From contig NC_043020.1 in the NCBI RefSeq assembly GCF_006345805.1, positions 28,830,001-28,894,000 on the forward strand: 64,000 bases of DNA, read 5' to 3'. Position numbers and translations under genes: made by a program. The notes under the pieces are model-generated. The model did not search any database. It was not told the origin of the DNA and worked only from the letters and a program-made list of their open reading frames with translations. Origin of the DNA: Octopus sinensis. Taxonomy: Eukaryota. This document shows, in pieces, positions 1 through 12,891 of the stretch; the first letter of the stretch is position 1, and the number at the start of each line of letters is the position of its first letter.

Positions 1-107
1 GTACAGTATTCAGACAGTCAAAGAGCGACACAGGTAGTTTATTTCATGCTTGAACAAATCTGAACATTAAAAAAAAAAAAAGATTCTGAAAGTAATTTCA
101 GTTACAC

Positions 108-218
108 TTTACTCTTTTACTTGTTTCAGTCATTTGGCTGTGGCCATGCTGGAGCACCGCCTTTAGTCAAGCAAATCGACCCCAGGACTTATTCTTCGTA
201 AGCCTAGTACTTACTCTA
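108..218 (-). mobile_element. SINE family A, 3' fragment
   Basis: Reverse complement of the family A tail (…ccagcatggccacagccaaatgactgaaacaagtaaaagag), as in the full copy at 59760-60150. Confidence 0.8.
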
Positions 219-430
219 TGCAACAAAACACACACACAAAACATGAAACTTTTGCAGATCCTGCTAGTCTTACTGGAATTATCTGCACTAGCTTGGCAGC
301 CAACACCTCATCTGTTCTGCTGTTGGTACCTTGTTACAGCTAAGTAAACTGTGGCATATAGAATTGTTTCTTATCTTATACTGCATTTTCTGGGAAAAAT
401 AACGTTTTTGGTTATTGGCTTCACCAAGCT

Positions 431-585
431 TTATCTCGTAGCTTTGAAATTTCGATGAGGTAACTTGTTTATTTTTACAATGACATTGTAGGGTTGTTGT
501 GAGAGGCCTGATCTGGCCAGTTTGAACATAAAGCAGGTAGAATATTTGGGGCTGAATATGGAGGGTTTAAATGCTAAAGGGTTAA
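431..585. mobile_element. Truncated TTAA-flanked MITE (family P2)
   Basis: Ends in atgctaaagggttaa; homologous to 10032-10267, 29816-30420 and 41201-41410. Confidence 0.7.
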
Positions 586-1147
586 AGTCAAACACGGAAT
601 ACTGGGAGTTGGAATAAATATTGCAAAGCATTCTATCAAAACCCCTAACATTTCTGCCAACTTGCTGCCTTACCTGCAGCTTACTTGTTTAAAAATAGGC
701 GGCTTATAAGGGGCCACGTGGCTCCTTGGGTAATATCAACTGGTAGTGGTTGTGGTGGTGGTAAGGGATCAAGTTTCTGACTTGGTTACCATTCCCTAAT
801 TGCAACATTTTCCAGTTTCTTAGCAAGCACCCCTTCAATAAAAAAATAAATTCTACAACTCCCTGCAGATGGAGATAATTAATCATTGCTCAGCTTGTTT
901 TTTTTTTTTTTCTCTTAAATTAAGAAATTATTATTTTACGTAAAAAATTATTATTATTATTATTGTTGTTATGACAACACAATTCAGAATAGAGCAATCA
1001 AAGTCTAAAATACAAAACTCTACCAAAACAATCTACAACTGTTGTTGTTTATCATCTGACAAAAGGCTGTTTTATGTTGACAATAGACCAAAACAATACT
1101 TAATATCAATGTCACCACTGCTGCTGCCACCATTACCAGCAGCAGCA

Positions 1148-1530
1148 GTGGAGGTGCAATGGCCCAATGGTTAGGGCAGCAGACTCGTGGTCAGAGGATC
1201 ACGGTTTCGATTCCCAGGCCGGGCATTGTGTGTGTTTATTGAGCGAAAACACCTAAAGCTCCACGAGGCTCCGGCAGGGGGTGGTGGCGACCCCTGTTGT
1301 ACTCTTTTGCTCCAGCTTTTTCTCACTCTTTCTTCCTGTTTCTTGTCCCTCGACTTCCTATGCAACTGCTGAGCCTAGATGCGCATTCATCCATCTGTCG
1401 ATGCTCTCGGTGTCGGCGGTTGACCTGTTTTTTCTTCTGTGGGTCTTACGAATAGCAAAGGACCACATTTCAGACTTCTCCCATCTTGCGGGCTCTGGGA
1501 TGAAGACCGTTTGCTCAACAGCAGCATTTA
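1148..1530 (+). mobile_element. tRNA-headed SINE, family D variant
   Basis: A-box-like tggcccaatggttagg and B-box-like ggtttcgattccc; reverse-oriented relatives at 47165-47460 and 53340-53630. Confidence 0.75.
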
Positions 1531-1914
1531 CAGTTTAGTCCAGGGATAAGCAAAGTTAACAGCTGTTGTTGTTGTTCAAAGTCAGCCCTTATCCAGTAGA
1601 TCTATGATCAAAGGCACTCCAACCATGACCAGTCACATAATGCCAGTATGCAAATGGTACTTAATTTATCGACCCCAAAAGGATGAAAGGCAAAGTCAAC
1701 TTTAGCGGAATTTGAACTCAGAATGTAAAGACAAAGAAAATACAGCTAAGAATTTTGCCCAGTGTGCTAACGTTTTTGTTCTACTCCATGCACAAGGCCC
1801 GAAGTTTTGGGGGAGGGGAGCAGTCGATTAGGTTGACCCCAGTACGCAAATGGTACCAGGTTTAAGAAATAAGTTGTGTGGTTGATTTGTTTCAAAACAA
1901 TTTGATTATATAAG

Positions 1915-2255
1915 CATTAAGGCACATGGCTCAATGGTTAGAGCATCAGGCTCACAACCAGTAGGTAGTGAGTTCGATTCCCAGACCAGTCTGCTGTGCA
2001 TTGCGTTCTTGAGCAAGACACTTTATTTCACATTGTTCCAGTTCACTCAGCTGTAGAAATGAGTTATGGTGACTTCACTGGTGCCAAGCTGTATCGACCC
2101 CTTTGCTGTTCCCTTGGATAACATTGGTGGCATGGAGAAGGGAGGCTGGTATGCATGGGCGACTGCTGGTCTTCTGTAAACAACCTTGCTTGGACTTATG
2201 CCTTGGAGGGGAACTTTCTAGGTGCAATCCCATGGTCATTCATGAGCGAAGGGTT
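1915..2255 (+). mobile_element. tRNA-headed SINE with CORE-like segment (family D)
   Basis: tggctcaatggttagagc…gagttcgattccc followed by gttcttgagcaagacactttatttcac; relatives at 9440-9770, 26760-26970, 40000-40220 and 59262-59510. Confidence 0.75.
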
Positions 2256-3299
2256 GTCACATTTGACAGAATAATCTAAATGCCAAAAAGTTAAACCCTT
2301 TTTGTTCCTATTCTTTAATCTCCTCACTAATCCCATCGATATCTCTTGTTCCCTGCAAGTAAAGAGGAGATCATCATCAGCGCTGATCCCACAATATATC
2401 CACCTTGTACACTCTGTTGTAATGTGGTTGGTGACAGGGAGAGCATCCAGCCGTTGGGACTTTGCCAAAGTAGACACTGGTGCATGATGCAGTTCTCCAA
2501 TTCATCTGACCCTATCAAACCATCTGACCCAGGAAAGCTTGGAAGCTGGATATTAAATGATGATGATGGTGATGATAAAGATTTTCTGTTTTTTTTTTTG
2601 TGCAGTGGTTTTTCTCGATAAATAAAATAAAGCAATTATTCTACTTTAGACAATTAAGAAATTGTTCACAGTCTCTTTTTTTTCTTTATAGGTAAAAAAT
2701 AAAAACAGAAAAAGAAAATAAACAAAGACCCCCCCAACAAAAACTTGATTTCGGTCCATTAGTGTTCAAACTGGAACTTGTTGATTGTGAAGCAACCAAG
2801 CAGCCGTTAGTTATGATATTTTAATTACATCTGTGGCGGTGGAGATGATCCGCTCCCACTTTTAATAATTTCCCTCTTCAACCCTTCTCTTACCACCTTT
2901 CTCTCTCTCTCCCTCTCTCTTGACTGTAACAATGATTTCTACCCCTCTGTAATAATCTATCAAAATGTTAATGAAATTGCTTACCACCACCCCTAACCTC
3001 GTTTACATTGCTACAAATTTAATGAAAAAAGTTCCAGTTATTAGAAAAGGTGTGATTGAGTGAGTCAGAGCAGCTGGCAACCTGACAGCCAACCAGCCAG
3101 GCCGGCCAGCCAGCCAGTCAGCTGACAAGTAAAGGTTTAACATATCAAGGCACACCTTTCAGTTTCACATTCAAATAGCTAAATTTTGGGAAACATTTCA
3201 AGGTTCTTTCGTTCTTTGCACATATAAAATGGTGGAGCTACAAAAGTGGGAAAGCAACCAAGAAGTAAACAAATCTTCACTAATCGACCACAATCATCA

Positions 3300-3455
3300 T
3301 CATTATCATTTAACTTCTATTTTCCATGCTGGCATGGGTCGGATGGCTTGACCGAAGCTGGCAAGGCCAGGGGCTGCACTTGGCTCCATTGTCAGTTTTG
3401 GTATGGTTTCTACAGCTGGATCTGATGCCAAACATTCCACAGAGTGTACTGGGTA
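3300..3455 (-). mobile_element. SINE family B ((GAT)n-tailed), 3' part
   Basis: catcatcat…ttccatgctggcatgggtcggatgg…tttctacagctgga, the reverse of the family B tail. Confidence 0.7.
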
Positions 3456-4050
3456 CTTTTCATGTGGTACCATCACCAGTGCTTTTTCAGTGGTACCATC
3501 ACCAGTAGTTTTCATGTGGTACCATCACCAGTGCTTTTTCAGTGGTACCATCACCAGTAGTTTTCATGTGGTACCATCACCAGTGCTTTTCATGTGGTAC
3601 CATCATCAGAGCTTTTTCAGTGGTACCATCACCAGTGCTTTTTCAGTGGTACCATCACCAGTGCTTTTCATGTGGTACCATCACCAGAGCTTTTTCAGTG
3701 GTACCATCACCAGTAGTTTTCATGTGGTACCATCACCAGAGCTTTTTCAGTGGTACCATCACCAGTGCTTTTCATGTGGTACCATCACCAGAGCTTTTTC
3801 AGTGGTACCATCACCAGTAGTTTTCATGTGGTACCATCACCAGTGCTTTTCATGTGGTACCATCACCAGTAGTTTTCATGTGGTACCATCACCAGTGCTT
3901 TTCATGTGACACCATCACCAGTGCTTTTCATGTGGTACCATCACCAGTAGTTTTCATGTGGTACCATAACCAGAGCTTTTCATGTGACACCATCACCAGT
4001 GCTTTTCATGTGGCACCACCACCACCAGTGCTCTTCATGTGGCACCATCA
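3455..4050. repeat. 26-bp minisatellite, about 23 units
   Basis: Tandem gtggtaccatcacca+gtgcttttcat/gtagttttcat/gtgctttttca; no unique spacers. Confidence 0.95.
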
Positions 4051-4054
4051 CTAG

Positions 4055-4160
4055 TGCTGAGGCTATAGTAGAAGACACTTGTCCAAGGTGCCACACAGTG
4101 GGACTGAACCTAGAACCATGTGGTCAGGAAGCAAGCTTCTTACCACACAGCCACGCCTAA
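4055..4160 (-). mobile_element. SINE family A, head fragment
   Basis: gaggctatagtagaagacacttgtccaaggtgccacacagtgggactgaacc…ttaccacacagccac. Confidence 0.8.
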
Positions 4161-6149
4161 ATTTTACCTAGAAAATCTTAAATGGGTCTCCAGGGGCCAT
4201 GTGGACCCCAGTTGAGAACTGCTGCTTTACACTGATCCCTCCTCTACCCTCCAGACCCCTAAATTCTCTCTCCTCAAGCACTGCACCTGCCTCCACTCTC
4301 TTTCTCTTTCTCTCCCATTTTTCTTTCAACCTACCTTTCACACACACACACACACATCACACATGCACGTGCATGCACACACATACACACACACACAATA
4401 ATAATAATAATAATCCTTTCTACTATAGGCACACACATACATGTACGCACACATACACACATGCATGTGTACACACACACACATGCACACACACACACAC
4501 ACATACAGCTCCTGGCCTTGCCAGCTTCTGTCAAGCCATCCGACCCATGCCAGCATGGAAAACAGAAGTTAAATGATGATGATGATGATGATGATGATGA
4601 TTGTGGTTGATTAATGAAGATTTGTTTACTTCTAGTTTGCTTGCCCACTTTCTCTCATTTCTCCCACCCCCTACCAGCTGATACCTGGTGGTGATGACTC
4701 GTCCAACCCATGATGCCAGTATGGAAACATGTAATCCTATAATCACACGCACACAGACCTCTTTCCTGTTTATATAAATATATATACATACACAAATATC
4801 CATCAATGAACACTCATTCATATATGCCAACATTTTCTTTCTGTCTCTCATCTTTCTCAAGCACGAAGCATATTTATTGCAACATCAATACACAAAACAC
4901 ACACACATACACACACACACATACGCACACACTCCGTCTCCCTCGACACCCTCTTTCCATCTCTTACAAATACACTGCCCCCTCACACATCATGAACTTA
5001 CATACACACTCCTCAGCACACACCCACACATTCTCTTTCAGTCTGTTTAACCAGCCACACACACACACACACTAGTTTTCTTTGCTGCTCTCTGACAACG
5101 CCCTCCTCTTCTTGTTCTTCTTCTTCGCCTCCTCCTCTTCTCTAAGTAGCTGTGAGTCAGTCTCTCTCACCCATATAATAATACTTCACTGTCAAAGTGA
5201 ACTTATAAGGCAAAGGAGTCTTTCTATAATAGAGTACAGGCAACCTGTCCTTCACATACATAAACACCACTAACCATCCCCAGATCACTGTCACCCCCCC
5301 CACACACACACACAAACACAGAGAACATTGCTTCATCTTTATTAGTTTTTCATGTCCCCTACAACAGACACAGATGCCTAAGGTGTAACTATTCCAAAAA
5401 CTTGAATACATGCTGACTAACAATAACAATGATAATAATAATAATAATCCTTTCTACTATAGGCACAAGGCCTGGAATTTGGGGGGAAGGGATATGTCGG
5501 TTACATCGACCCCAAATACTCAACTGGTTGACATTGATCAAATTTGAACTTAGAATGCAAAGGCAGCCAAAGTGCTGCCAAGCATTTAGTCCGGCAGGCT
5601 ACTGTTTCTGCCAGCTGAATGGCTTCAGATTTAGGCAGAAAGCCAGAAATTTGGAGGCCTGTGGGAGTAGTTGACACCATAGATCCTCAGTAATTACTGG
5701 TAATATATTTTATCAACTGTGGACCGATAAAAGGCAAAATTGACTTTGGAAGGATTTGAACTCAGAATGTAATGAACTGAAACAAGTACCACAAAAACAT
5801 TTTTCGAGATGCTTTAATAATTCTGCCAGCATGTCACCTTTTAATAGCAGTTTCTGGTTTAAGCACAAGGTTAGCAAATTTTGAAGGAAGGGGTCAAGCC
5901 TATGCCATCAAATCCAGTTCTAGAAAGGTACTTTACTTTACCAGCCCTAATGAAATGAAAGGCTAAGTTAACTGCAGTAGTATTTGAACTCAAAACATAA
6001 AAAGCCATTTTTATGTTATGTTAAGCATTTTGCTTAATGCTCTAAGAATTCTGCCAAATTGCTCCCTTATTTCAAAAAGAAAAGATGTTCAAATCTCAGT
6101 CCGTTTCCAAACAGTCTTTCTTCCTCCATTACTAAGATTGTACTTTTAG

Positions 6150-6221
6150 TTCGTGGTACCATCCCAATTCGTGGTACCATCCCAATTCGTAGTACCATCC
6201 CAATTTGTGGTTCCATCCCAA
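6150..6221. repeat. 18-bp tandem repeat x4
   Basis: ttcgtggtaccatcccaa repeated four times with point changes. Confidence 0.95.
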
Positions 6222-7044
6222 TTTGTCTTCACTCACTCCCAAGATATTTTCAAATAATTCCATGCTTTTCCTCCAAGATGTTTCCTAGTTTTTTTTATCA
6301 TTAAGGTTTCTTCCTTTTCAGAAGTTATGAACATGAGAGGCAAAAAGGAAATGTATCCGAATGTGTACGTGCTTGTTCACACACACACAAACATCACACA
6401 TGCACGCACATGCACACACACACGCATGCACATACACACATATGCACATACACACATATGCACACACACAGAGAGGATGTGTATATATATATCCGTACAT
6501 AGCATCATCATAGTCATTATTTTACATCTGCTTTCTATGGTGGCATGGATCAGATGAGTAATTTCTTACTGGGAGCCACAATTTCTAAAGACTACTGGTT
6601 GTATGTGTCATTTAATCTCATTTCTATGGCTAGATGTCCTTTTAATCCCCAACCCCCTTTTTATAGAGTGAGCTGGGTGCATTTTCTCACAGCCCTAGCA
6701 GCAGAGCCCTCGGCCATCTTTAACCCTTGCATAGGTTCCACTAACATTTCTTGAGAAATTTTGGAAGTGCATCTTGGACTGATGCAACACTGTCTAATAT
6801 GAAACTGTGCATCTTTGAATGCTTTGGCGCCGAACGATTAATTCTGCCTCAGGAACACGTAGAGACTCTTCAGACACTGCAATGTTTACTTGGGCTGCGG
6901 CATTCAAGTGGATGGTTTTATTTAACACAATGTCTAACAGGATATTCACAAAAAGACTTTGTTGAGTCTTAAAATACATGGATCTATTTATACCTCAGTG
7001 AGAACGAAACTGAAACCCTATCAGACTGACTAGAAGCAGGGAAC

Positions 7045-7096
<52 letters not shown>

Positions 7097-7313
7097 AGAG
7101 AGGGATAGGTGTTAGATGTAGCAAAGTTATATGTCACACACATACACACACACAAGCACATATTTACAGGTGTATACACACACAGACATTAGACACACAC
7201 ACACATACAGATGCATACACTCACACATGACTAACAATAAAAGATGCAGAGCTCACATACCAAAAGGGTGGAATGAAATAAAAGGGATGAGTTTCTTAAA
7301 ACGAGTTAAACAC

Positions 7314-7355
<42 letters not shown>

Positions 7356-7864
7356 TCTAAACTGTTCAGGTATCTGTTGCAAAGAGGCTGGCAGAGCAGC
7401 TTTTTAATGATGATTAAAAACAGAAAAAAAAAAACAACAAAAAAACAAAAACGTAAACAAAACAAAAACAGGGCTCATGGGGAGTTAGGATGTCTGGAAA
7501 GTAAATAAGGAGTATAAATGGGATAAGGAGAGTTTTAGTGGAGAGGGGTCAGGGATTTCAGTAACAGTGTCTCTTCTAACACTTACAAAGATGAAAGCTG
7601 AGAAAGCTACAAAACCCTCAGGTAAGGAATCAGAAAAGGTAGTGGTGGTGGTGGTCGTGGGGGGACTTTCAGTTATGTTTGCTGTGGGGTTTGGCTTTCG
7701 TCAATCTTTAAACTGATGTTTAGATGTTGTTGTAAGTAGAAGGGTGCCAAATCGGGGATTTACAGTGAATGGGGGCCAAACACTGACCAGTCCAATTTGC
7801 TGATTGTATGATTTATTGCCAAAGATGTCTGTGGTCAGACATTGTGGTAATGAATGCAGATTGT

Positions 7865-8011
7865 AAGGTGGAGAGCTGGCAGAAACGTTAGCACGCCGGG
7901 TGAAATGCTTAGTGGTATTTCGTTTGTTTTTATGTTCTGAGTTCAAATTCTGCAGAGGTCGACTTTGCCTTTCATCCTTTCGGGGTCGATAAATTAAGTA
8001 CCAGTTGCATG
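7865..8011 (+). mobile_element. SINE family C, 5' part
   Basis: gagctggcagaaacgttagcacgccggg…gagttcaaattc…gtcgactttgcctttcatcctttcggggtcgataaattaagtaccagttg; many other copies occur in the window. Confidence 0.8.
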
Positions 8012-8159
8012 TATCTCCTCTTTTGCTAGGGAGGAGATCCATGGCCGAAGGAGATAAGAGGAAGGTAGTGATGGGGGTGCGACAGCAAACTCTCCAGGAA
8101 TAAGAAGGTGAGCATAAGGCAGGATAACGGCAGTAGATCTTGGGAGAGGATGAGAGAGT

Positions 8160-8406
<247 letters not shown>

Positions 8407-8408
8407 CA

Positions 8409-8692
8409 GCGCCGCCTTGACTGGCTTCTGTGCTGGTGGCACGTAAAAAGCACCAACCGATCGTGGGCACTGCCAGACTCCCCTGGCACCTGTGCCGGTG
8501 GCACGTAAAAAGCACCCACTACACTCACGGAGTGGTTGGCGTTAGGAAGGGCATCCAGCTGTAGAAACACTGCCAGATCAGACTGGAGCCTGGTGCAGAC
8601 TCCTGGCTTCCCAGACCCCGGTCGAACCGTCCAACCCGTGCTAGCACGGAAAACGAACGTTAAACGTTGATGATGATGATGATGATGATGAT
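8409..8692 (+). mobile_element. SINE family B, near-complete
   Basis: Two tggcacgtaaaaagcacc modules, then ggaagggcatccagctgtagaaac…cgttaaacgttgatgatgat tail. Confidence 0.85.
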
Positions 8693-9439
8693 ATGTATAT
8701 ATACATTATCTATCTACCTACCCACCTGCCTACTTACCTGCCTATCTATCTATCTACCTACCCACCTGCCTACTTACCTATCTATCTATCTATCTATCTG
8801 TGTGCGTGTGCATGCATACACACACATGCGCGCACACACAACATTTGGTAGTTATGTTTATATAAAAGTTGGAACCGGGTGGTTGACTGAACAGACAGAA
8901 ATGAAGAAACAATGTAAAACAAATTTGCAAGTCTTGAGAAAAGAATGGTAACATTTTCAGCAACGTTCCCCAACAAGAAATGAGGAGAACTGTGACAGAA
9001 TCAGTTGTTTGGAGTGTCTTGCTTCATAAGCAGAGGCAATTTTGATTAAAGAAGGATGTGTCGAAGAATCTTTCGCAGATGTGTAGGTGTACAGCCGCAG
9101 ACAGAGTTTACAAAAAGACTTAGGATGAGAGAGATATTAAATATGCCAACGGGCCATATGTCAGGTAGACACATCCAACAGATGTCAGCATAAACGATAT
9201 AAAGCAACATTGCGTCTCTAATTAAATAAAGATTACTTGGATATTTAAGATAAATATAGTAGGGCACAGGTAGGGCTGTGTGGTAAGGGGGTTCTGGGTT
9301 CACACTCCATTGCGTGGCACCTTGGGCAAGTGTCTGAAGACCTAGCATAGTCTCAGGTACGCCAAAGCCTTGTGAGTGGATTTGTTAGATGGAAACTGAA
9401 AGAAGCCCATCATATATGTGTATATATATATATATATAT

Positions 9440-9770
9440 ATAAAAGGAGCATTCTGTCGGTTACGACGACGAGGGTCCCAGCTGATATGATCAACGGAAC
9501 AGCTTGCTCGTGAAATTAACGTGCAAGTGGCTGAGAACTCCATAGACACGTGAACCCTTAACGTAGTTCTCAGGGAGATTCAGTGTGACACAGAGTGTGA
9601 CAAGGCTGGCCCTTTCAAATACAGGTACAACTCATTTTTGCCAGCTGAGTGGACTGTAGCAACGTGAAATAAAGTGTCTTGCTCAAGGACACAACGCATC
9701 GCGAGGAATCAAACTCACGACCTTACAATTGTGAGCCAAATGCCCTAACCACTAAGCCACGCACCTTCAC
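9440..9770 (-). mobile_element. tRNA/CORE-like SINE (family D)
   Basis: Reverse strand reads ggtgcgtggcttagtggttaggg…gtgtccttgagcaagacactttatttcac…. Confidence 0.75.
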
Positions 9771-10031
9771 ATATATGTATGTATGTATGTATAATATATA
9801 TGTATATATGTAAACCGTGCTATGTGTCTATGTTTGTCCACCAATACCACTTGACAACTGGTGTTTACAACCCTATAAATTGGCAGATTGGCAAAGAGAC
9901 TGATAGAATAATTACCAATGTATGGAAACAAGGTCACCATCAATACACTGTCTGTTACAATGTGGTACAAAAATATGTCCAGCCACTAAGTCGTTTATTA
10001 GGTGTACATTTATACATATGCATATACAAAG

Positions 10032-10267
10032 GTTTAATGCTTTAGCGTTCAGATTACTTTATCAAATATTAAACTTAATTTATTCACATTATTTTTAATT
10101 AATTATGTATTAATTTGTAGCTTCAAGATTTTAATGACATAATTCTATATTTTTGGAATGACACTGTACGGTAGACGTGAGAGGTCAGACCTGGCTAGTG
10201 TAGACACAACGCAGGTAGTAGTATATTTGGGCGAGATATACATGTTATATAAATGCTAAAGGGTTAA
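10032..10267. mobile_element. TTAA-flanked MITE (family P2)
   Basis: ttaatgctttagc…atgctaaagggttaa termini. Confidence 0.7.
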
Positions 10268-10522
10268 ATAGATATCATAGCAGCTTGAAAGGTAGAAAGA
10301 AAAGGAAAAAAGAGAGAAAAGAAAAAAAGGAGGAGGATTTCAGTATTTTGGTTTTTACAACTTGGCTACTGTGTTGCAAGTATTCAGAGGCAGGAACTAC
10401 ATTCATTCAGGTTTTGCAATACTATAGGGTTACCTCCGTTTGCTCACATAGTCTGTATATAGATTTGACAACTGCTGGTAAGTTATACATATATACACAC
10501 ACACATAAATATACATACATAA

Positions 10523-10577
<55 letters not shown>

Positions 10578-11435
10578 AATATATACATATATATACACAC
10601 ACACACACACACATAATATATACATATATATACACACACACATATATATATACACACATATATACACATAAAATTAAATATGGGATAAAATGTATATAAG
10701 AATTTATCAAGTAGTCAGTGTGAATAGTAATGCCCTTAATATAATAAATACATATACATACATATATATATACACATACATACATATACAACACATCCTA
10801 TGATATGTATATGTACACACCTGTGCACACATACATACGTACTATATATATATATGTTAAATAATGATGATCACACACACACACACACACAAAGTAATTA
10901 AGTTTATGTCCGGTCATAGAGTGATCAATGGTTTCACATCTGCATAAACATATCGGAAATTTAACAAAAACATAACTGAAATATTACAAAAACAGAAAAT
11001 TTGTGGCTTATTCTTCATCAGTCAACATCCAAAAGATCTTTACAATTTAACGAGTGGGTAGCTTACAAGGTACCCTAGTGTAATCCAGGTTCTGGCTAAC
11101 CACACTGAATGATTTGTATATCTAGGAAATTGCTTGAAGTAAACGCTTACATGGTGTTTTGCCTCCTCATCTTGGAATATCCATGCAGTAGAAACGCATA
11201 ATTGGACAGAGATCTGAAGGAAATGCATTGTATATAATACTGTAAGAAACAAGCATTTGAGCATGTATAATTCTCCATTCTTATTTTTAATGTCTTTTAT
11301 AAATATATATATATAAGAAATAAAAAAGAGTGAAAAAACTACAGAAGGCTTGTTTTATAAGGTTAAAGAATATATTTAAGTCGTTATGTTAGAAGAATGT
11401 TATAAAATTTTGTGTATAGTAACATAGTTTTTGGG

Positions 11436-11470
11436 GAAATAACCGGTTTCGTATAAATTTTTCAAATTTC
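11436..11470 (-). ncRNA. Minimal type I hammerhead-like motif, U3-A8 core
   Basis: GAAAU-UUGAAAA-AUUUAUAC-GAA-ACCGGU-U-AUUUC; stem I 5 bp. Confidence 0.55.
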
Positions 11471-11491
11471 TCAAATTTTTTAATGTAGATA

Positions 11492-11530
11492 AAGAAATTT
11501 GAAAAATTTATATGAAACCGGTTATTTCTT
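11492..11530 (+). ncRNA. Minimal type I hammerhead-like motif, U3-A8 core
   Basis: AAGAAAU-UUGAAAA-AUUUAUAU-GAA-ACCGGU-U-AUUUCUU; stem I 7 bp, palindromic stem III, GUU site. Confidence 0.65.
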
Positions 11531-12503
11531 CAAAAACTGTGTTACTATACTCAAAATTTTATAGCATTTTTCTAACATAACGACTTAAATATATTCTTTA
11601 ACTGTAGAATACAAGCCTTCTGTAGTTTTTTTCACTCTTTTTTATGTCTTATACATTCAACCACGTGCTTTCACACACCAACTCGCTCACCTATATATAT
11701 ATATATGTAGGTGTGTATATATTACTATGAGACTGACATATACATACAGAGACGCCGTGTATCTATTTTATAAAACAATAGCAATAATGATTCATTCTGA
11801 TTCAGGCACCAGGCCAGCAATTTTAAGAGAAGAAGGCCGGGCAATTACAATGACCCCAGTATTTGCCTTCCACTTAATTTTATTGACCCTGAAAGAATGA
11901 AAGGTCAAGCTGACCTCAGTGGAATTGGAACTTTGTGCATAAATACTGCTTGGTTAGAGAGGCAGAAATAATTTCTGTCACCTTTCTGCCCAATAGTAAG
12001 AAGAATCCTGCTCCGTGTTCTGCTAGAACCCTAAGAAGGATTCTTGAAATCTGAAGGGGCTTGTTACCAAACCTCAAGAAAACAGATCCCTACTCAGGAA
12101 AGTAGCAATAGCTTGACGTTCTGAGTTCAAATTCAACTTAAAAGATTGTATTTGCATTCTCCTGCATTTGAGAATAAATTATTTCTGCATCTTTCGATAC
12201 ATCTCAATGCTTCTAAAGCAAGCTTTGTTTGTTTACGTTCATCATAAAGTTGAATTTAATGTTAGCATCTTATAAAGCTAGATTTATAAATCCTAAAACT
12301 GCAGAGCAATTTGGTATTGGACAGTTTAGCTTAAAGGTAAAGCACTTCATATATAATCACAGGGATGTGAGTTTGAGTCTCATGGTTGGCTGATAATGAA
12401 TTTCTTCTGCAATATATGGATAGTTTATCCTATTTGTGCTATTGTATTAGCAATATCATGCGTTTGAGAATAAATTATTTCTGTATATATATATGTATAT
12501 ATT

Positions 12504-12891
12504 CCTTTATTTGTTTCAGTCATTTGATTGCAGCCATGCTGGAGCACCGCCTTTAGTTGAGCAAATCAACCCCAGGACTTATTCTTTGTAAGCCTAGTAC
12601 TTATTCTATTGGCCTCTCTTGCTGAACCGCTAAGTGACGGGGTCATAAACACACCAGCATCGGTTGTCAAGCGATGTTGGGGGGACAAACACAGACATGC
12701 CACACAAACATATGCATACATATATATATATCCAACGGGTTTCTTTCAGTTTCCGTCTATCACATCCATTCACAAGGAAAATGGTCAGCCCGAGGTTATA
12801 GTAGAAGACACTTGTCCAAGGTGCCACACAGTGGGACTGAACCTGGAACCATGTGGTTGGTAAGCAAGCTACTTACCACACAACCACTCCT
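12504..12891 (-). mobile_element. SINE family A, full length
   Basis: Reverse complement of head, internal microsatellite and tail seen at 59760-60150. Confidence 0.85.

Larger units (their letters stand above)
11312..11653. mobile_element. Fold-back element (~160-bp imperfect inverted arms), Penelope-like tail pair
   Basis: Arms 11312-11470 and 11493-11653 are reverse complements; HHR-like motifs lie at the inner ends. Confidence 0.8.

Noticed and set aside
1148-1230. tRNA gene (and similar heads elsewhere)
   Set aside because: A and B boxes are present, but there is no closed acceptor stem and the sequence continues into SINE bodies.
3455-4050. CRISPR-like array and a 168-aa ORF
   Set aside because: Units are contiguous with no unique spacers, the context is eukaryotic and there are no cas genes; the ORF is a repeat translation.
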